Assembly (NCBI RefSeq): GCF_022846255.1
Contig: NZ_AP025682.1
DNA from: Escherichia coli
Lineage (GTDB): Bacteria; Pseudomonadota; Gammaproteobacteria; Enterobacterales; Enterobacteriaceae
Reading direction: 5' to 3' (one strand)
Length of the DNA: 64,000 nt
Part shown: positions 11,308 to 21,874 of the stretch, in pieces
How positions within the stretch are numbered: the stretch's first letter is position 1
Layout of the letters: each line of letters starts with the position of its first letter
Position numbers and translations under genes: made by a program
Notes under the pieces: generated by a model
Told to the model about the DNA's origin: nothing
The model's database searches: none
Seen by the model: the letters and a program-made list of their open reading frames with translations, nothing else

Positions 11308-12357
11308 ATGAAAATCAGTCGGGAAACACTCCACCAGCTAATCGAGAATAAACTCTGCCAGGCTGGGTTAAAACGTGAGCACGCTGCAACCGTGGCTGAA
11401 GTATTGGTTTACGCCGATGCCAGAGGGATCCACTCTCATGGCGCGGTGCGCGTTGAATACTACGCCGAACGCATTTCAAAAGGCGGCACCAACCGCGAAC
11501 CGGAGTTTCGTCTTGAGGAAACCGGACCGTGCTCGGCAATTTTACATGCCGACAATGCCGCCGGACAGGTCGCGGCGAAAATGGGTATGGAACATGCCAT
11601 CAAAACCGCCCAGCAAAAAGGCGTTGCGGTGGTCGGTATCAGCCGGATGGGTCACAGCGGCGCAATCTCTTATTTTGTGCAGCAGGCTGCCCGCGCCGGA
11701 TTGATTGGCATTTCGCTGTGCCAGTCCGATCCAATGGTGGTGCCGTTTGGCGGCGCGGAAATTTACTACGGCACTAACCCACTGGCCTTTGCCGCGCCGG
11801 GAGAAGGCGACGAGATCCTTACCTTTGATATGGCGACTACCGTACAGGCATGGGGAAAAGTGCTCGACGCCCGCTCGCGCAATATGTCTATCCCGGATAC
11901 CTGGGCAGTCGATAAAAACGGTGCACCAACAACCGATCCGTTCGCGGTACATGCTCTGCTCCCCGCCGCTGGGCCGAAAGGGTATGGCCTGATGATGATG
12001 ATTGACGTCCTCTCAGGCGTCTTACTCGGCTTACCGTTCGGGCGACAGGTTAGTTCGATGTATGACGATTTACACGCCGGGCGTAATTTGGGGCAATTAC
12101 ATATAGTTATTAACCCGAACTTTTTCTCCTCCAGCGAATTATTCCGTCAACATCTTAGCCAGACCATGCGCGAATTAAATACCATTACCCCCGCGCCCGG
12201 TTTTAATCAGGTTTATTATCCCGGACAGGATCAGGATATTAAACAACGCAAAGCCGCCGTCGAAGGCATCGAAATTGTTGATGATATTTACCAGTATTTA
12301 ATTTCCGACGCGCTTTATAACACGTCATACGAAACGAAAAATCCCTTTGCGCAATAA
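11308..12357 (+). CDS. allD: Ureidoglycolate dehydrogenase
   Basis: 349 aa MKISRETLHQLIENKL... (Ldh_2 family); RBS aaggaag upstream. Confidence 0.93.
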   Translation: MKISRETLHQLIENKLCQAGLKREHAATVAEVLVYADARGIHSHGAVRVEYYAERISKGGTNREPEFRLEETGPCSAILHADNAAGQVAAKMGMEHAIKTAQQKGVAVVGISRMGHSGAISYFVQQAARAGLIGISLCQSDPMVVPFGGAEIYYGTNPLAFAAPGEGDEILTFDMATTVQAWGKVLDARSRNMSIPDTWAVDKNGAPTTDPFAVHALLPAAGPKGYGLMMMIDVLSGVLLGLPFGRQVSSMYDDLHAGRNLGQLHIVINPNFFSSSELFRQHLSQTMRELNTITPAPGFNQVYYPGQDQDIKQRKAAVEGIEIVDDIYQYLISDALYNTSYETKNPFAQ

Positions 12358-12378
12358 TTATTGAGACAGGACTTTCTT

Positions 12379-13614
12379 ATGATTACACATTTCCGTCAAG
12401 CTATAGAAGAAACGCTGCCCTGGCTTTCCTCTTTTGGCGCTGACCCAGCGGGTGGGATGACCCGTTTACTTTATTCGCCGGAATGGCTGGAAACCCAGCA
12501 GCAGTTTAAAAAAAGAATGGCAGCAAGCGGGCTGGAAACACGTTTCGATGAAGTGGGGAATTTATACGGTCGCCTGAGTGGCACCGAATATCCACAGGAA
12601 GTGGTTCTGAGCGGTTCGCATATCGATACCGTGGTTAACGGCGGTAACCTCGACGGGCAATTCGGTGCGCTGGCGGCGTGGCTGGCAATTGACTGGCTGA
12701 AAACGCAATACGGCGCGCCGTTACGTACGGTCGAAGTGGTGGCGATGGCAGAAGAAGAAGGCAGCCGCTTCCCGTATGTCTTCTGGGGCAGTAAAAATAT
12801 CTTTGGGCTGGCGAATCCTGACGACGTGCGGAATATCTGTGATGCCAAAGGAAATAGTTTTGTCGATGCGATGAAGGCTTGCGGATTTACTCTGCCGAAC
12901 GCCCCACTAACTCCGCGTCAGGATATTAAAGCCTTTGTCGAACTGCATATCGAACAGGGCTGTGTGCTGGAAAGTAATGGGCAGTCAATTGGCGTGGTGA
13001 ATGCAATTGTCGGGCAACGTCGCTATACGGTGACGCTGAACGGTGAATCAAACCATGCAGGCACCACGCCGATGGGTTATCGTCGTGATACGGTTTACGC
13101 TTTCAGTCGCATTTGCCATCAGTCTGTCGAAAAAGCGAAAAAGATGGGCGACCCGCTGGTTCTGACCTTTGGCAAAGTAGAGCCGCGCCCGAATACGGTG
13201 AATGTAGTGCCGGGTAAAACCACGTTCACCATTGATTGTCGTCATACCGATGCTACCGTGCTGCGCGATTTCACCCAACAGTTAGAAAACGACATGCGGG
13301 CGATTTGCGATGAAATGGATATTGGTATTGATATCGATTTATGGATGGACGAAGAACCCGTGCCGATGAATAAGGAGCTGGTCGCCACCCTGACAGAATT
13401 GTGTGAAAGCGAAAAACTGAATTACCGGGTGATGCACAGTGGTGCCGGGCACGACGCGCAAATTTTCGCGCCTCGCGTGCCGACCTGCATGATTTTCATT
13501 CCCAGCATCAACGGGATCAGCCATAACCCGGCGGAACGCACCAATATTACCGACCTTGCCGAAGGGGTCAAAACGTTGGCACTCATGCTTTATCAACTTG
13601 CCTGGCAGAAATAA
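12379..13614 (+). CDS. allC: Allantoate amidohydrolase
   Basis: MITHFRQAIEETLPW... M20 peptidase family; ATG at 12379 preferred over the in-frame upstream ATG at 12361. Confidence 0.9.
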   Translation: MITHFRQAIEETLPWLSSFGADPAGGMTRLLYSPEWLETQQQFKKRMAASGLETRFDEVGNLYGRLSGTEYPQEVVLSGSHIDTVVNGGNLDGQFGALAAWLAIDWLKTQYGAPLRTVEVVAMAEEEGSRFPYVFWGSKNIFGLANPDDVRNICDAKGNSFVDAMKACGFTLPNAPLTPRQDIKAFVELHIEQGCVLESNGQSIGVVNAIVGQRRYTVTLNGESNHAGTTPMGYRRDTVYAFSRICHQSVEKAKKMGDPLVLTFGKVEPRPNTVNVVPGKTTFTIDCRHTDATVLRDFTQQLENDMRAICDEMDIGIDIDLWMDEEPVPMNKELVATLTELCESEKLNYRVMHSGAGHDAQIFAPRVPTCMIFIPSINGISHNPAERTNITDLAEGVKTLALMLYQLAWQK

Positions 13615-13624
13615 GGAGTTATAA

Positions 13625-14410
13625 ATGGGATATTTAAATAACGTCACCGGTTACCGCGAAGATTTACTGGCTAACCGTGCGATTGTTAAACACGGTAATT
13701 TCGCACTGTTAACACCAGACGGTCTGGTAAAAAATATTATTCCGGGCTTTGAAAATTGTGACGCGACAATCCTCTCCACGCCAAAGCTGGGTGCCTCTTT
13801 TGTTGATTATCTGGTCACACTGCATCAAAACGGCGGCAACCAACAGGGTTTCGGTGGCGAAGGCATTGAAACGTTCCTGTATGTGATCTCTGGAAATATC
13901 ACTGCCAAAGCCGAAGGGAAAACATTTACCTTAAGTGAAGGTGGCTATCTTTATTGCCCGCCAGGCTCCTTAATGACGTTTGTTAACGCCCAGGCCGAAG
14001 ACAGCCAAATCTTTTTATATAAGCGTCGCTATATTCCGGTAGAAGGTCATGCGCCGTGGCTGGTTTCTGGCAATGCCAGCGAACTGGAACGCATTCATTA
14101 TGAAGGCATGGACGATGTTATTCTGCTGGATTTTCTGCCCAAAGAGTTAGGTTTTGATATGAACATGCATATCCTCTCTTTTGCACCAGGTGCCAGCCAC
14201 GGTTATATCGAAACCCACGTTCAGGAACACGGTGCCTATATTCTTTCCGGTCAGGGGGTTTATAACCTCGACAATAACTGGATCCCGGTGAAAAAAGGCG
14301 ATTACATCTTTATGGGCGCTTATTCTTTACAGGCTGGTTATGGCGTAGGGCGTGGTGAAGCGTTCAGCTATATTTACTCGAAAGATTGCAACCGCGACGT
14401 AGAGATTTAA
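13625..14410 (+). CDS. allE: (S)-ureidoglycine aminohydrolase (cupin)
   Basis: 261 aa bicupin protein directly downstream of allC. Confidence 0.9.
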   Translation: MGYLNNVTGYREDLLANRAIVKHGNFALLTPDGLVKNIIPGFENCDATILSTPKLGASFVDYLVTLHQNGGNQQGFGGEGIETFLYVISGNITAKAEGKTFTLSEGGYLYCPPGSLMTFVNAQAEDSQIFLYKRRYIPVEGHAPWLVSGNASELERIHYEGMDDVILLDFLPKELGFDMNMHILSFAPGASHGYIETHVQEHGAYILSGQGVYNLDNNWIPVKKGDYIFMGAYSLQAGYGVGRGEAFSYIYSKDCNRDVEI

Positions 14411-14452
14411 GTCATACCACTCGCCTGATTATTTTTAGCTATGTTGGATTTT

Positions 14453-14479
14453 GCCACGGTTTATACCGTGGCTTTTTTT
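14453..14479 (+). terminator. Rho-independent terminator of the allDCE operon
   Basis: gccacggt-ttat-accgtggc hairpin followed by TTTTTTT. Confidence 0.55.
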
Positions 14480-14494
14480 GTAGTCAATTCAGGT

Positions 14495-14521
14495 AAAAAA
14501 AGATGCGATATAAATCGCATC
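14495..14521 (-). terminator. Rho-independent terminator after glxK
   Basis: On the minus strand: gatgcgat-ttat-atcgcatc followed by a T-run (A-run on the plus strand). Confidence 0.5.
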
Positions 14522-14538
14522 CGCTTTAAAGGTAATAG

Positions 14539-15684
14539 TCAGTTTTTAATTCCCTGACCTATTTTAATGGCGCAGGCAATATTTCGCGCACTGTTGAAGA
14601 GATTGGTTTCACCGCTGGCGAGCACTTCGGCTAAAGGTGCCAGACGTGGCAAAATGCTGAATACCGCATCAATGCCGTACTGGTGCACCACTTCCACGCC
14701 ATCACCCAATACGCCAGCAATCCCAATCACCGGGACATTAAACTGCTTCGCCACCGACGCCACGCCCAGCGGAGCTTTACCGCCTGCCGTTTGCGAGTCG
14801 ATGCGCCCTTCCCCGGTGATCACCAGTGCTGCACCCTGCACCGCCTGCGCCAGATTGACCGCATTCAACACAATCTCAATACCCGGTTTAATATCCGCAT
14901 TGAGGAATACCGCCGCCGCAATGCCCATACCGCCCGCAGCGCCGCCGCCCGCCATCTGGCAGACATTAATTTCAGTTTGCTGTTGTAAAACACGGGCGTA
15001 ATTTTGCAGCCCCTGTTCCAGTTCTTCGACCATTTCCGGCGTTGCCCCTTTTTGCGGACCAAACACCGCCGCCGCGCCGCGTGCCCCTACCAGCGGGTTA
15101 TCAACATCACATGCTACTTCAATATGGCAGTTCGCCAGACGCGGATCGCATTCATCCATCTCAATGCTTGCCACGCGCGCTAAATTGCCGCCGTTAGCCG
15201 CCAGCACCTGACCGTCAGCATCAAGGAAACGCACACCGAGCGCCTGCGCCATGCCCATACCGCCGTCGACCGTCGCACTGCCGCCAATGCCGAGAATAAT
15301 ATGGCGAATGCCGTTATCCAGCGCATGGCGAATTAACTCCCCCGTACCAAAACTGGAGGCCAGCAACGGATTACGCTTTTCAGGCGCGACCAGCATCAGG
15401 CCACTTGCTGCCGCCATCTCAATCACCGCCGTTTTCCCGTCGCCGGTAATGCCATAAAAAGCTTTCACTTTTTCGCCCATCGGCCCGCAGACTTCAAGCT
15501 TCACGATGTTACCGTCCGTCGCGGCGACCATCGCCTCCACCGTCCCTTCGCCGCCATCCGCTATCGGCAAACAGATATAGTGCGCATCGGGAAAGAGGGT
15601 CGAAAACCCGGCTTTAATTGCCTGACAACATTTTTCTGCACTTAAGCTCTCTTTAAAAGAGTCTGGCGCAATGACAATCTTCAT
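14539..15684 (-). CDS. glxK: Glycerate 2-kinase
   Basis: [18 protein letters not shown]... glycerate kinase family; ATG at 15682-15684 (the ORF track begins at an upstream TTG). Confidence 0.92.
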   Translation of the reverse strand: MKIVIAPDSFKESLSAEKCCQAIKAGFSTLFPDAHYICLPIADGGEGTVEAMVAATDGNIVKLEVCGPMGEKVKAFYGITGDGKTAVIEMAAASGLMLVAPEKRNPLLASSFGTGELIRHALDNGIRHIILGIGGSATVDGGMGMAQALGVRFLDADGQVLAANGGNLARVASIEMDECDPRLANCHIEVACDVDNPLVGARGAAAVFGPQKGATPEMVEELEQGLQNYARVLQQQTEINVCQMAGGGAAGGMGIAAAVFLNADIKPGIEIVLNAVNLAQAVQGAALVITGEGRIDSQTAGGKAPLGVASVAKQFNVPVIGIAGVLGDGVEVVHQYGIDAVFSILPRLAPLAEVLASGETNLFNSARNIACAIKIGQGIKN

Positions 15685-15705
15685 TATCAATCCTTTTTCA
15701 ACAAA

Positions 15706-17013
15706 TTATTCGATGCGTTCCCACGGAATAAGGTTATCCATAAGAACAGCCAGTAAAATTCCGACCAGTAAGCCGTTACTGAGCAGAGGACGAAGCGTTA
15801 ATGGAAGGTCTTGCAGATACACAGGCGGTAATGCCATTAAAAATATGCCGACAAATAACGGCAATGCGAGTCGATAAATATTGCGAGCGGTAAACGTTAT
15901 TTGCTGGCTAAACACCAGCGCGGAAAAGAGTAAAGGCAGATAAGAAACCAGCATGACCGCACTACTCACGGGTAAAGGGATACTGCAAAACAGTCGCGTG
16001 AGTGCCGGAACCAGCGCCACCAGCAGGCAAATAACGCTGCCATAAATAAACGAACGCCGCGTGTAATCGCCAGTCTGGGTTAATAAACCAATGGATGAAA
16101 CAAACGGTGAAAATGGAATTACCGCCAGCGGCACGGTTATCAGTGTCATAAATCCGGTCGCCACAAAGCTGCGACGATAACGCGTATTCCCCGCGCCCTG
16201 CTGCGGATAAAAAACATCCGTGCCCCGAATCGCACCGTAGGTATTGCTGATATTTACCAGACCTGTAATCACCGCCGTCAGAATAATCCCCGGCGACAAA
16301 GCACCGCCACTGCCGAGCGGGAACCACTGCCAGTGCAACTCACCGGAGAGCGAATGCGAAGAAGGAAAGCAAAAGTACCACAACAACCAGCCGGTTATCG
16401 TACCGACCAGCAGGCCGTAACGGGCAAAACGTTGTGGCAGGAAAATAATCATCGCCAGTACCAGGCACATCACCGCCACCGAGAGCGCGAACGGCGGTAA
16501 TTGAATTTTAAAATTCGGGTCGGCTATGCCAAACGGCAGCCCGAGCATACCTTTGAAAAAGATAGTGGTCAGTTGCGCACCCAGCATCAACATAAACAAG
16601 ACCATCACCGACGGCGTAAATAACCGTGCCAGGCGATGGCCTAATCCGCTAAAACCAATCAACATCGTCAGCACGCCGGAGAGCGCAATCCCCACCGCCA
16701 GACTGGTAGCGATATCGTTGATCGGTGTCCCGCGCGATGCTTCGCCAAGGGTGATAGTCAGGATGGTTCCCCACCACAGGCCGCCCGGCCCCTCCATAAT
16801 AGCGCGACGATGACCGCAGAACGCCTGAGCGAAGCAGGCCAGTGCGGTAGCAAGAAAAGCATATTGCGTGAGCGTAAGCAGGCTACTTTGCGGCAACTGA
16901 AAAGCAGAAAGTAGCGTAGGAGGAACCACAACCGTGTTGCAAAAAATAAAGAAAAACCACTGAAATCCTGATAACAGGCTTTCGCGGCCCACTGCAAAAT
17001 TGAACATAAACAC
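15706..17013 (-). CDS. ybbY: Putative purine/nucleobase permease YbbY
   Basis: 435 aa polytopic membrane protein at the conserved position in the gcl operon. Confidence 0.88.
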   Translation of the reverse strand: MFMFNFAVGRESLLSGFQWFFFIFCNTVVVPPTLLSAFQLPQSSLLTLTQYAFLATALACFAQAFCGHRRAIMEGPGGLWWGTILTITLGEASRGTPINDIATSLAVGIALSGVLTMLIGFSGLGHRLARLFTPSVMVLFMLMLGAQLTTIFFKGMLGLPFGIADPNFKIQLPPFALSVAVMCLVLAMIIFLPQRFARYGLLVGTITGWLLWYFCFPSSHSLSGELHWQWFPLGSGGALSPGIILTAVITGLVNISNTYGAIRGTDVFYPQQGAGNTRYRRSFVATGFMTLITVPLAVIPFSPFVSSIGLLTQTGDYTRRSFIYGSVICLLVALVPALTRLFCSIPLPVSSAVMLVSYLPLLFSALVFSQQITFTARNIYRLALPLFVGIFLMALPPVYLQDLPLTLRPLLSNGLLVGILLAVLMDNLIPWERIE

Positions 17014-17062
17014 ACCTTAACCGGAGAATGCCCGCCACAAGGACGGGCATTGCAGGGCCAGA

Positions 17063-18424
17063 TTACTGCTGATGTTTAAGGATAAATTGACCTTTCGGCG
17101 CAACAGGGAAGCCCTGTTCGATATCGTAAATCACATCACCACGTAAGATGGTTTTCGTGATACGCGCGCCAATAGTACGGCCAACATACGGGCTGACTTT
17201 GTGGCGATATTCCAGATCGTCATTGGTAAGAACATAGCTGCTATTCGGCTGAATGAAGACGAAGTCGGCATCTTTTCCTGGGGCGATACGGCCTTTTTGC
17301 TGCAGACCGAAAATATCTGCTGCGTTAGTCGCCATTAATTTGCCGAACATTGGCAGAGACATTCCGCGTTTCTGTACCGCTTCATCGAACATCACGTCCA
17401 TGCAGCTTTGCAGACCAGCGATACCGCCCCACGCTTTCATGATGTTACCGGCTTTCATTTCCGGCGGGCATGGAGAGTGGTCGGAAACCAGGCAGTCTAT
17501 TTCACCGTTAAACAGTTTTTCCCACATGCCTTTCTGGTTTTCCAGATCGCGGATCGGCGGTGAACACTTCGCCAGAGTACCGATTTCTTCGAACTGATCG
17601 GTATCCAGCACAAAGTAATGCGGGCAGGATTCACAAGTAACATCCTGACCTTCCTGACGTGCACGAGTCACTTCCTCAACACCTTCCGGGCTGCTGACGT
17701 GGCAAACGTGCAGACGGCAACCAGCGACTTTCGCCAGGTACAGTACGCGGCGAATCGCTTCCACTTCGGTAAATACCGGACGCGAAGCCACATAGTCATG
17801 GGCAGTTACGCGACCTTCACGCTTCGCTTCTTCGCCCAGTGCGTCACAGATCAGCGCGTTTTCGCAGTGCACCAGCACCGGCTGGCCTAGTTCACCCAGC
17901 TTCTGCGCGCCTTTGAAGAATTGCCAGTCATTGACGTCACGGAAGTCGTTGTCGATACCGCGATCGCCACAGGTCGCAACGAAGCATTTGAAACCGACAA
18001 CACCCACTTCATCCAACTCATGCAGACGGTCAATGTTGTAAGACACCAGGCCACCGAGTTGTGCCGCATCGATAGTCAGCTTTCCTTTAGCGGCATCGAA
18101 CTTCAGTTCAATTGAGGCGCGGTCAACCGTTGCAGGCAGCTGGTTGAGCGGCATTTCGATCATGGTGGTGATACCACCTTTTGCTGCTGCGCGAGTACCG
18201 GTTTCATAACCTTCCCAGTGGCTGCGACCCGGTTCAGAAATATGGGTGTGCGCATCAACCATGCCCGGCGAAACCACCAGACCAGACGCATCCATAACGT
18301 CTTTTGCATCGCCCAGATCCTGGCCGATAGCAGCAATTTTTCCGTCTTTAACGGCGATATCTACAACGCGAGCTTCGTTTTCTAAAATAACGGTGCCGTT
18401 TTTAATGATTAAATCAAAAGACAT
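17063..18424 (-). CDS. allB: Allantoinase
   Basis: 453 aa cyclic amidohydrolase with metal-binding DAHTH motif. Confidence 0.95.
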
Positions 18425-18483
18425 AACAAACTCCTTGTAAAATACAGATTGGTTTTTAACTCAATGTTCAATATCGTGATTAA

Positions 18484-19938
18484 TTAACCTATGGTTTTTT
18501 GTTCTCCTGTTTTTTCTGCTGTTGTACGTTTCTTTAATAAGGCGTAGGCCGCAAAGGCGACGATGACGCCGACAAACCATGAAACACGTGATAACGGTTC
18601 CATAAAGGGAATAAACTTACCGCCAAGAGATAAAATAACGGCCACCAGAGTTACTGAAAACGCGGTGAGGTTAAAACCGTTATCGTAATATTTATAATCG
18701 CCAGGTGCGGTGTACAGTTCATCAAGATTAATTTGCCCACGCATCACCACAAAATAATGCGCCATCATCACACCAATTACCGGACCAAGCATTCCGCCGA
18801 TAATATCGAGGAACAGATAAATACTGTCCTGATTTTCCATTAATTTCCACGGGCAGATCAGCAGGCTGATAATACTGGCAATCAGTACGCCGTTTTTATA
18901 GGTCAGTTTCGTCGGTGCAATGGCGGCAATCTGATAACCAGCCGGAATAATATTACCGGTGGCGTTAGTAGAGATAGTCGTCATCAGAATAACCAGTACC
19001 GCAAAGAACGAGGCGAACAGGCTGTCCCAACGCTGAACAATATCCAGCACGTTCCAGGTGTCAGCGCCGTAATGAATACTGGCTCCGGCAATAATACATA
19101 CCCCGGCGACCGCAAACAGAATATAGGCCACAACTAAACCCAGCGTTTGCCCCAGCGCCTGCTCACGAAACGAGTGGGCGTTTTGCGTAAAGTCGGATGC
19201 GCTCACCGCCGGTGCCGCCCAGACCGCAACCACCGCGTTTATCACCACCAGAAACAGGAAGCCACTGTTTTCTGCTTTCTGAATACCGCCCGGAATGTAG
19301 TCAAAGATTGGACCGATCCCGACCAGCGAAATCGCCCAAATCGCCATACCGCCGAAAACGATATAGATGCACGGGTTAAGAATGGCAGTGAATTTATTTA
19401 AAACTTTTCCGCCGCCAAAACCAATACCAACGTTAACCAGCCAGAAGAGTAAAAAAGTAATTAATCCCGGTAGAGAAAGGCCTAACAGCGTGAAATCGCC
19501 ACCGAGAGTCAAAAATCCCGGCCAGATTTTGCCAATCAGAATCAAGCAGGCCAGTGACCCCGCGTAACATTGCAGGCCAAACCACATAATGGCAGCAATA
19601 CCGCCTCTTAATAATCCGGGAAACAGTGCACCACGTACGCCGTAAGAAGCACGCAGGATCATGGCAAACGGTACGCCGTATTTACTGCCCGCAGCACCGT
19701 TTAATACCATTACCGCGGCAATGAAAAAGGCACTGAGGATAATTGCCAGCATAATACTAAAGGTAGACAAGCCGAGAATAAAAAAGCCGCCAACCATCAC
19801 ATAATTGGGAACGTTATGAACCGAACCCATCCATAAGGTAAAATAGTTAAATGTTTTCCAGGTCCGCTGACTTTGCGTTTTCGGCAGTAGATCTTCGCTA
19901 TAGCCGCGTTGCTGGAATAGTTTTCTCTGATGTTCCAT
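18484..19938 (-). CDS. ybbW: Allantoin permease (NCS1 family)
   Basis: 484 aa 12-TM transporter, MEHQRKLFQQRGYSEDLLPK... Confidence 0.92.
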   Translation of the reverse strand: MEHQRKLFQQRGYSEDLLPKTQSQRTWKTFNYFTLWMGSVHNVPNYVMVGGFFILGLSTFSIMLAIILSAFFIAAVMVLNGAAGSKYGVPFAMILRASYGVRGALFPGLLRGGIAAIMWFGLQCYAGSLACLILIGKIWPGFLTLGGDFTLLGLSLPGLITFLLFWLVNVGIGFGGGKVLNKFTAILNPCIYIVFGGMAIWAISLVGIGPIFDYIPGGIQKAENSGFLFLVVINAVVAVWAAPAVSASDFTQNAHSFREQALGQTLGLVVAYILFAVAGVCIIAGASIHYGADTWNVLDIVQRWDSLFASFFAVLVILMTTISTNATGNIIPAGYQIAAIAPTKLTYKNGVLIASIISLLICPWKLMENQDSIYLFLDIIGGMLGPVIGVMMAHYFVVMRGQINLDELYTAPGDYKYYDNGFNLTAFSVTLVAVILSLGGKFIPFMEPLSRVSWFVGVIVAFAAYALLKKRTTAEKTGEQKTIG

Positions 19939-20107
19939 AAATCCCTCTTAATTTCACGTATCGAATAACGTTGTTTTAATCTAGCTATGAGGAACAAATA
20001 AAATAAAAATATTATTTTTAATACTGAAGCAACATCTTTGGCTGCTTTCTTTTTTTAATATTGCTGGCCGATTCATTTTCTGATATCGGCCATTTTTATT
20101 GCGGGTA

Positions 20108-20986
20108 TCAGGCCAGTTTATGGTTAGCCATTAATTCCAGCGCCTGCACTAATGCAGAGTGATCCAACTGGCTGCCACCGTTTGCCGCACAGGTATTAAA
20201 CAATTCCTGGCAGGTCGCGGTGTTTGGCAGGTTCAGCGCCAGTGCTTTCGCACTTTGCAGTGCCAGGTTGAGATCTTTCTGGTGCAGCGCAATTTTGAAA
20301 CCTGGATTAAAGGTGCGTTTAATCATGCGCTCACCGTGAACTTCCAGAATACGTGAGGAAGCAAAGCCGCCCATCAGCGCCTGGCGCACACATACCGGGT
20401 CCGCACCGGCTTTTGAAGCAAACAACAAGGCTTCAGAAACCGCTTCAATATTGAGCGCCACGATAATCTGATTTGCCACTTTGCAGGTTTGACCGTCGCC
20501 GTTACCGCCCACGAGAGTGATATTTTTACCGAGCAGTTCAAACAGCGGTTTTACACGTTCAAATACTGCTTCATCACCGCCAACCATAATCGATAACGTC
20601 CCTTCACGCGCGCCGATTTCACCGCCGGAGACTGGCGCATCGAGATAATCGCCGCCCAGTTCATTCACCTGACGAGCGAAACGTTTAGTTTCAATCGGGG
20701 AAATGGAGCTCATATCAACAATGGTTTTGCCCTTCAGCGAGGCTTTGGTACAACCATTTTCACCAAACAGAACGTCTTCAACCTGCGGTGTATCCGGCAC
20801 CATAATAAAAATGATGTCCGATGCATCTGTTACCTGGCGCGCAGTTTCAACACTAACGGCGCCCAGTAACAGTAATTCATCAGCAACCGGACCAATGGTT
20901 GTGACATGCAGTTGATGACCGGCACGCGCCAGATTAATGGCCATCGGTGTACCCATAATGCCTAAGCCAATAAATCCCAGTTTCAT
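20108..20986 (-). CDS. glxR: Tartronate semialdehyde reductase 2
   Basis: 292 aa with NAD-binding GLGIMG motif. Confidence 0.95.
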   Translation of the reverse strand: MKLGFIGLGIMGTPMAINLARAGHQLHVTTIGPVADELLLLGAVSVETARQVTDASDIIFIMVPDTPQVEDVLFGENGCTKASLKGKTIVDMSSISPIETKRFARQVNELGGDYLDAPVSGGEIGAREGTLSIMVGGDEAVFERVKPLFELLGKNITLVGGNGDGQTCKVANQIIVALNIEAVSEALLFASKAGADPVCVRQALMGGFASSRILEVHGERMIKRTFNPGFKIALHQKDLNLALQSAKALALNLPNTATCQELFNTCAANGGSQLDHSALVQALELMANHKLA

Positions 20987-21085
20987 AATTAACCTCTTTT
21001 AAATTTCGCTTTTCCTGAATTCAGACAACACGATCCCCTGCCAACTTAGCGGCCTAAAAAAGCATTGTCTGAATAGCGTTACGTT

Positions 21086-21862
21086 TTAACGGTACGGATC
21101 CATCCAGCCTAAACCGGCTTCCGTGGTGGTTTGGGGTTTATATTCACAGCCAACCCAACCGTTGTAGTCAGAATTTTCAATTACCGTAAAGAGATATTCG
21201 TAATTAATTTCTCCGGTTCCCGGTTCGCCGCGATGCGGATTATCAGCGATTTGCAGGTGACCAATTTTATCGGCCCACTGAGTCATGGTATTAGTTAATT
21301 CACCTTCCATCCGCTGCATGTGATAAATGTCATACTGAATTTTCAAATTGCAGCAACCAACATCGTCAATCAGTTTCAGTGCCTGCCGGGTTCCGGTGAG
21401 ATGGAAACCAGGAATATCAAAATGGTTGATAGGTTCAATCAGTAATAAAATATCTTCTTTCATCAGCATATTCGCGGCATAACGCAGGTTTTCTACAAGC
21501 GTTGCGTGAATCTGTTCACTGCTGAAACCAGCTGGCATTTTACCGACCAGACAGTTAATTTTTTTATTACCCAGCGCACGAGCATAACGAATAGCTGCTG
21601 CTACGCCATCCCGAAACTCTTCTTCACGGCCAGGAATACAGGCAATACCCCGCTCGCCCACCGCCCAGTCACCTGCCGGTAAATTGTGCAGCGTATGTTC
21701 GAGTTTATTACTCGCCAGCACCTGTTTTAATTCTTCAATGTCGTAGTCATAAGGGAACATAAATTCAACGCCGCGAAAACCACACTGCGCAGCTTTCTCA
21801 AAACGGGCGAGAAAATCATATTCACCAAATAACATCGATAAATTAGCAGAGAAACGTAACAT
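21086..21862 (-). CDS. hyi: Hydroxypyruvate isomerase
   Basis: 258 aa xylose-isomerase-like TIM barrel protein. Confidence 0.95.
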   Translation of the reverse strand: MLRFSANLSMLFGEYDFLARFEKAAQCGFRGVEFMFPYDYDIEELKQVLASNKLEHTLHNLPAGDWAVGERGIACIPGREEEFRDGVAAAIRYARALGNKKINCLVGKMPAGFSSEQIHATLVENLRYAANMLMKEDILLLIEPINHFDIPGFHLTGTRQALKLIDDVGCCNLKIQYDIYHMQRMEGELTNTMTQWADKIGHLQIADNPHRGEPGTGEINYEYLFTVIENSDYNGWVGCEYKPQTTTEAGLGWMDPYR

Positions 21863-21874
21863 TATTTATCTCCC

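Noticed and set aside
20040-20100. Hairpin plus T-run motifs in the ybbW-glxR spacer that look like terminators
   Set aside because: They have plus-strand terminator polarity, while both flanking genes are on the minus strand in one operon; on the mRNA strand they are A-run-plus-hairpin and not terminators.
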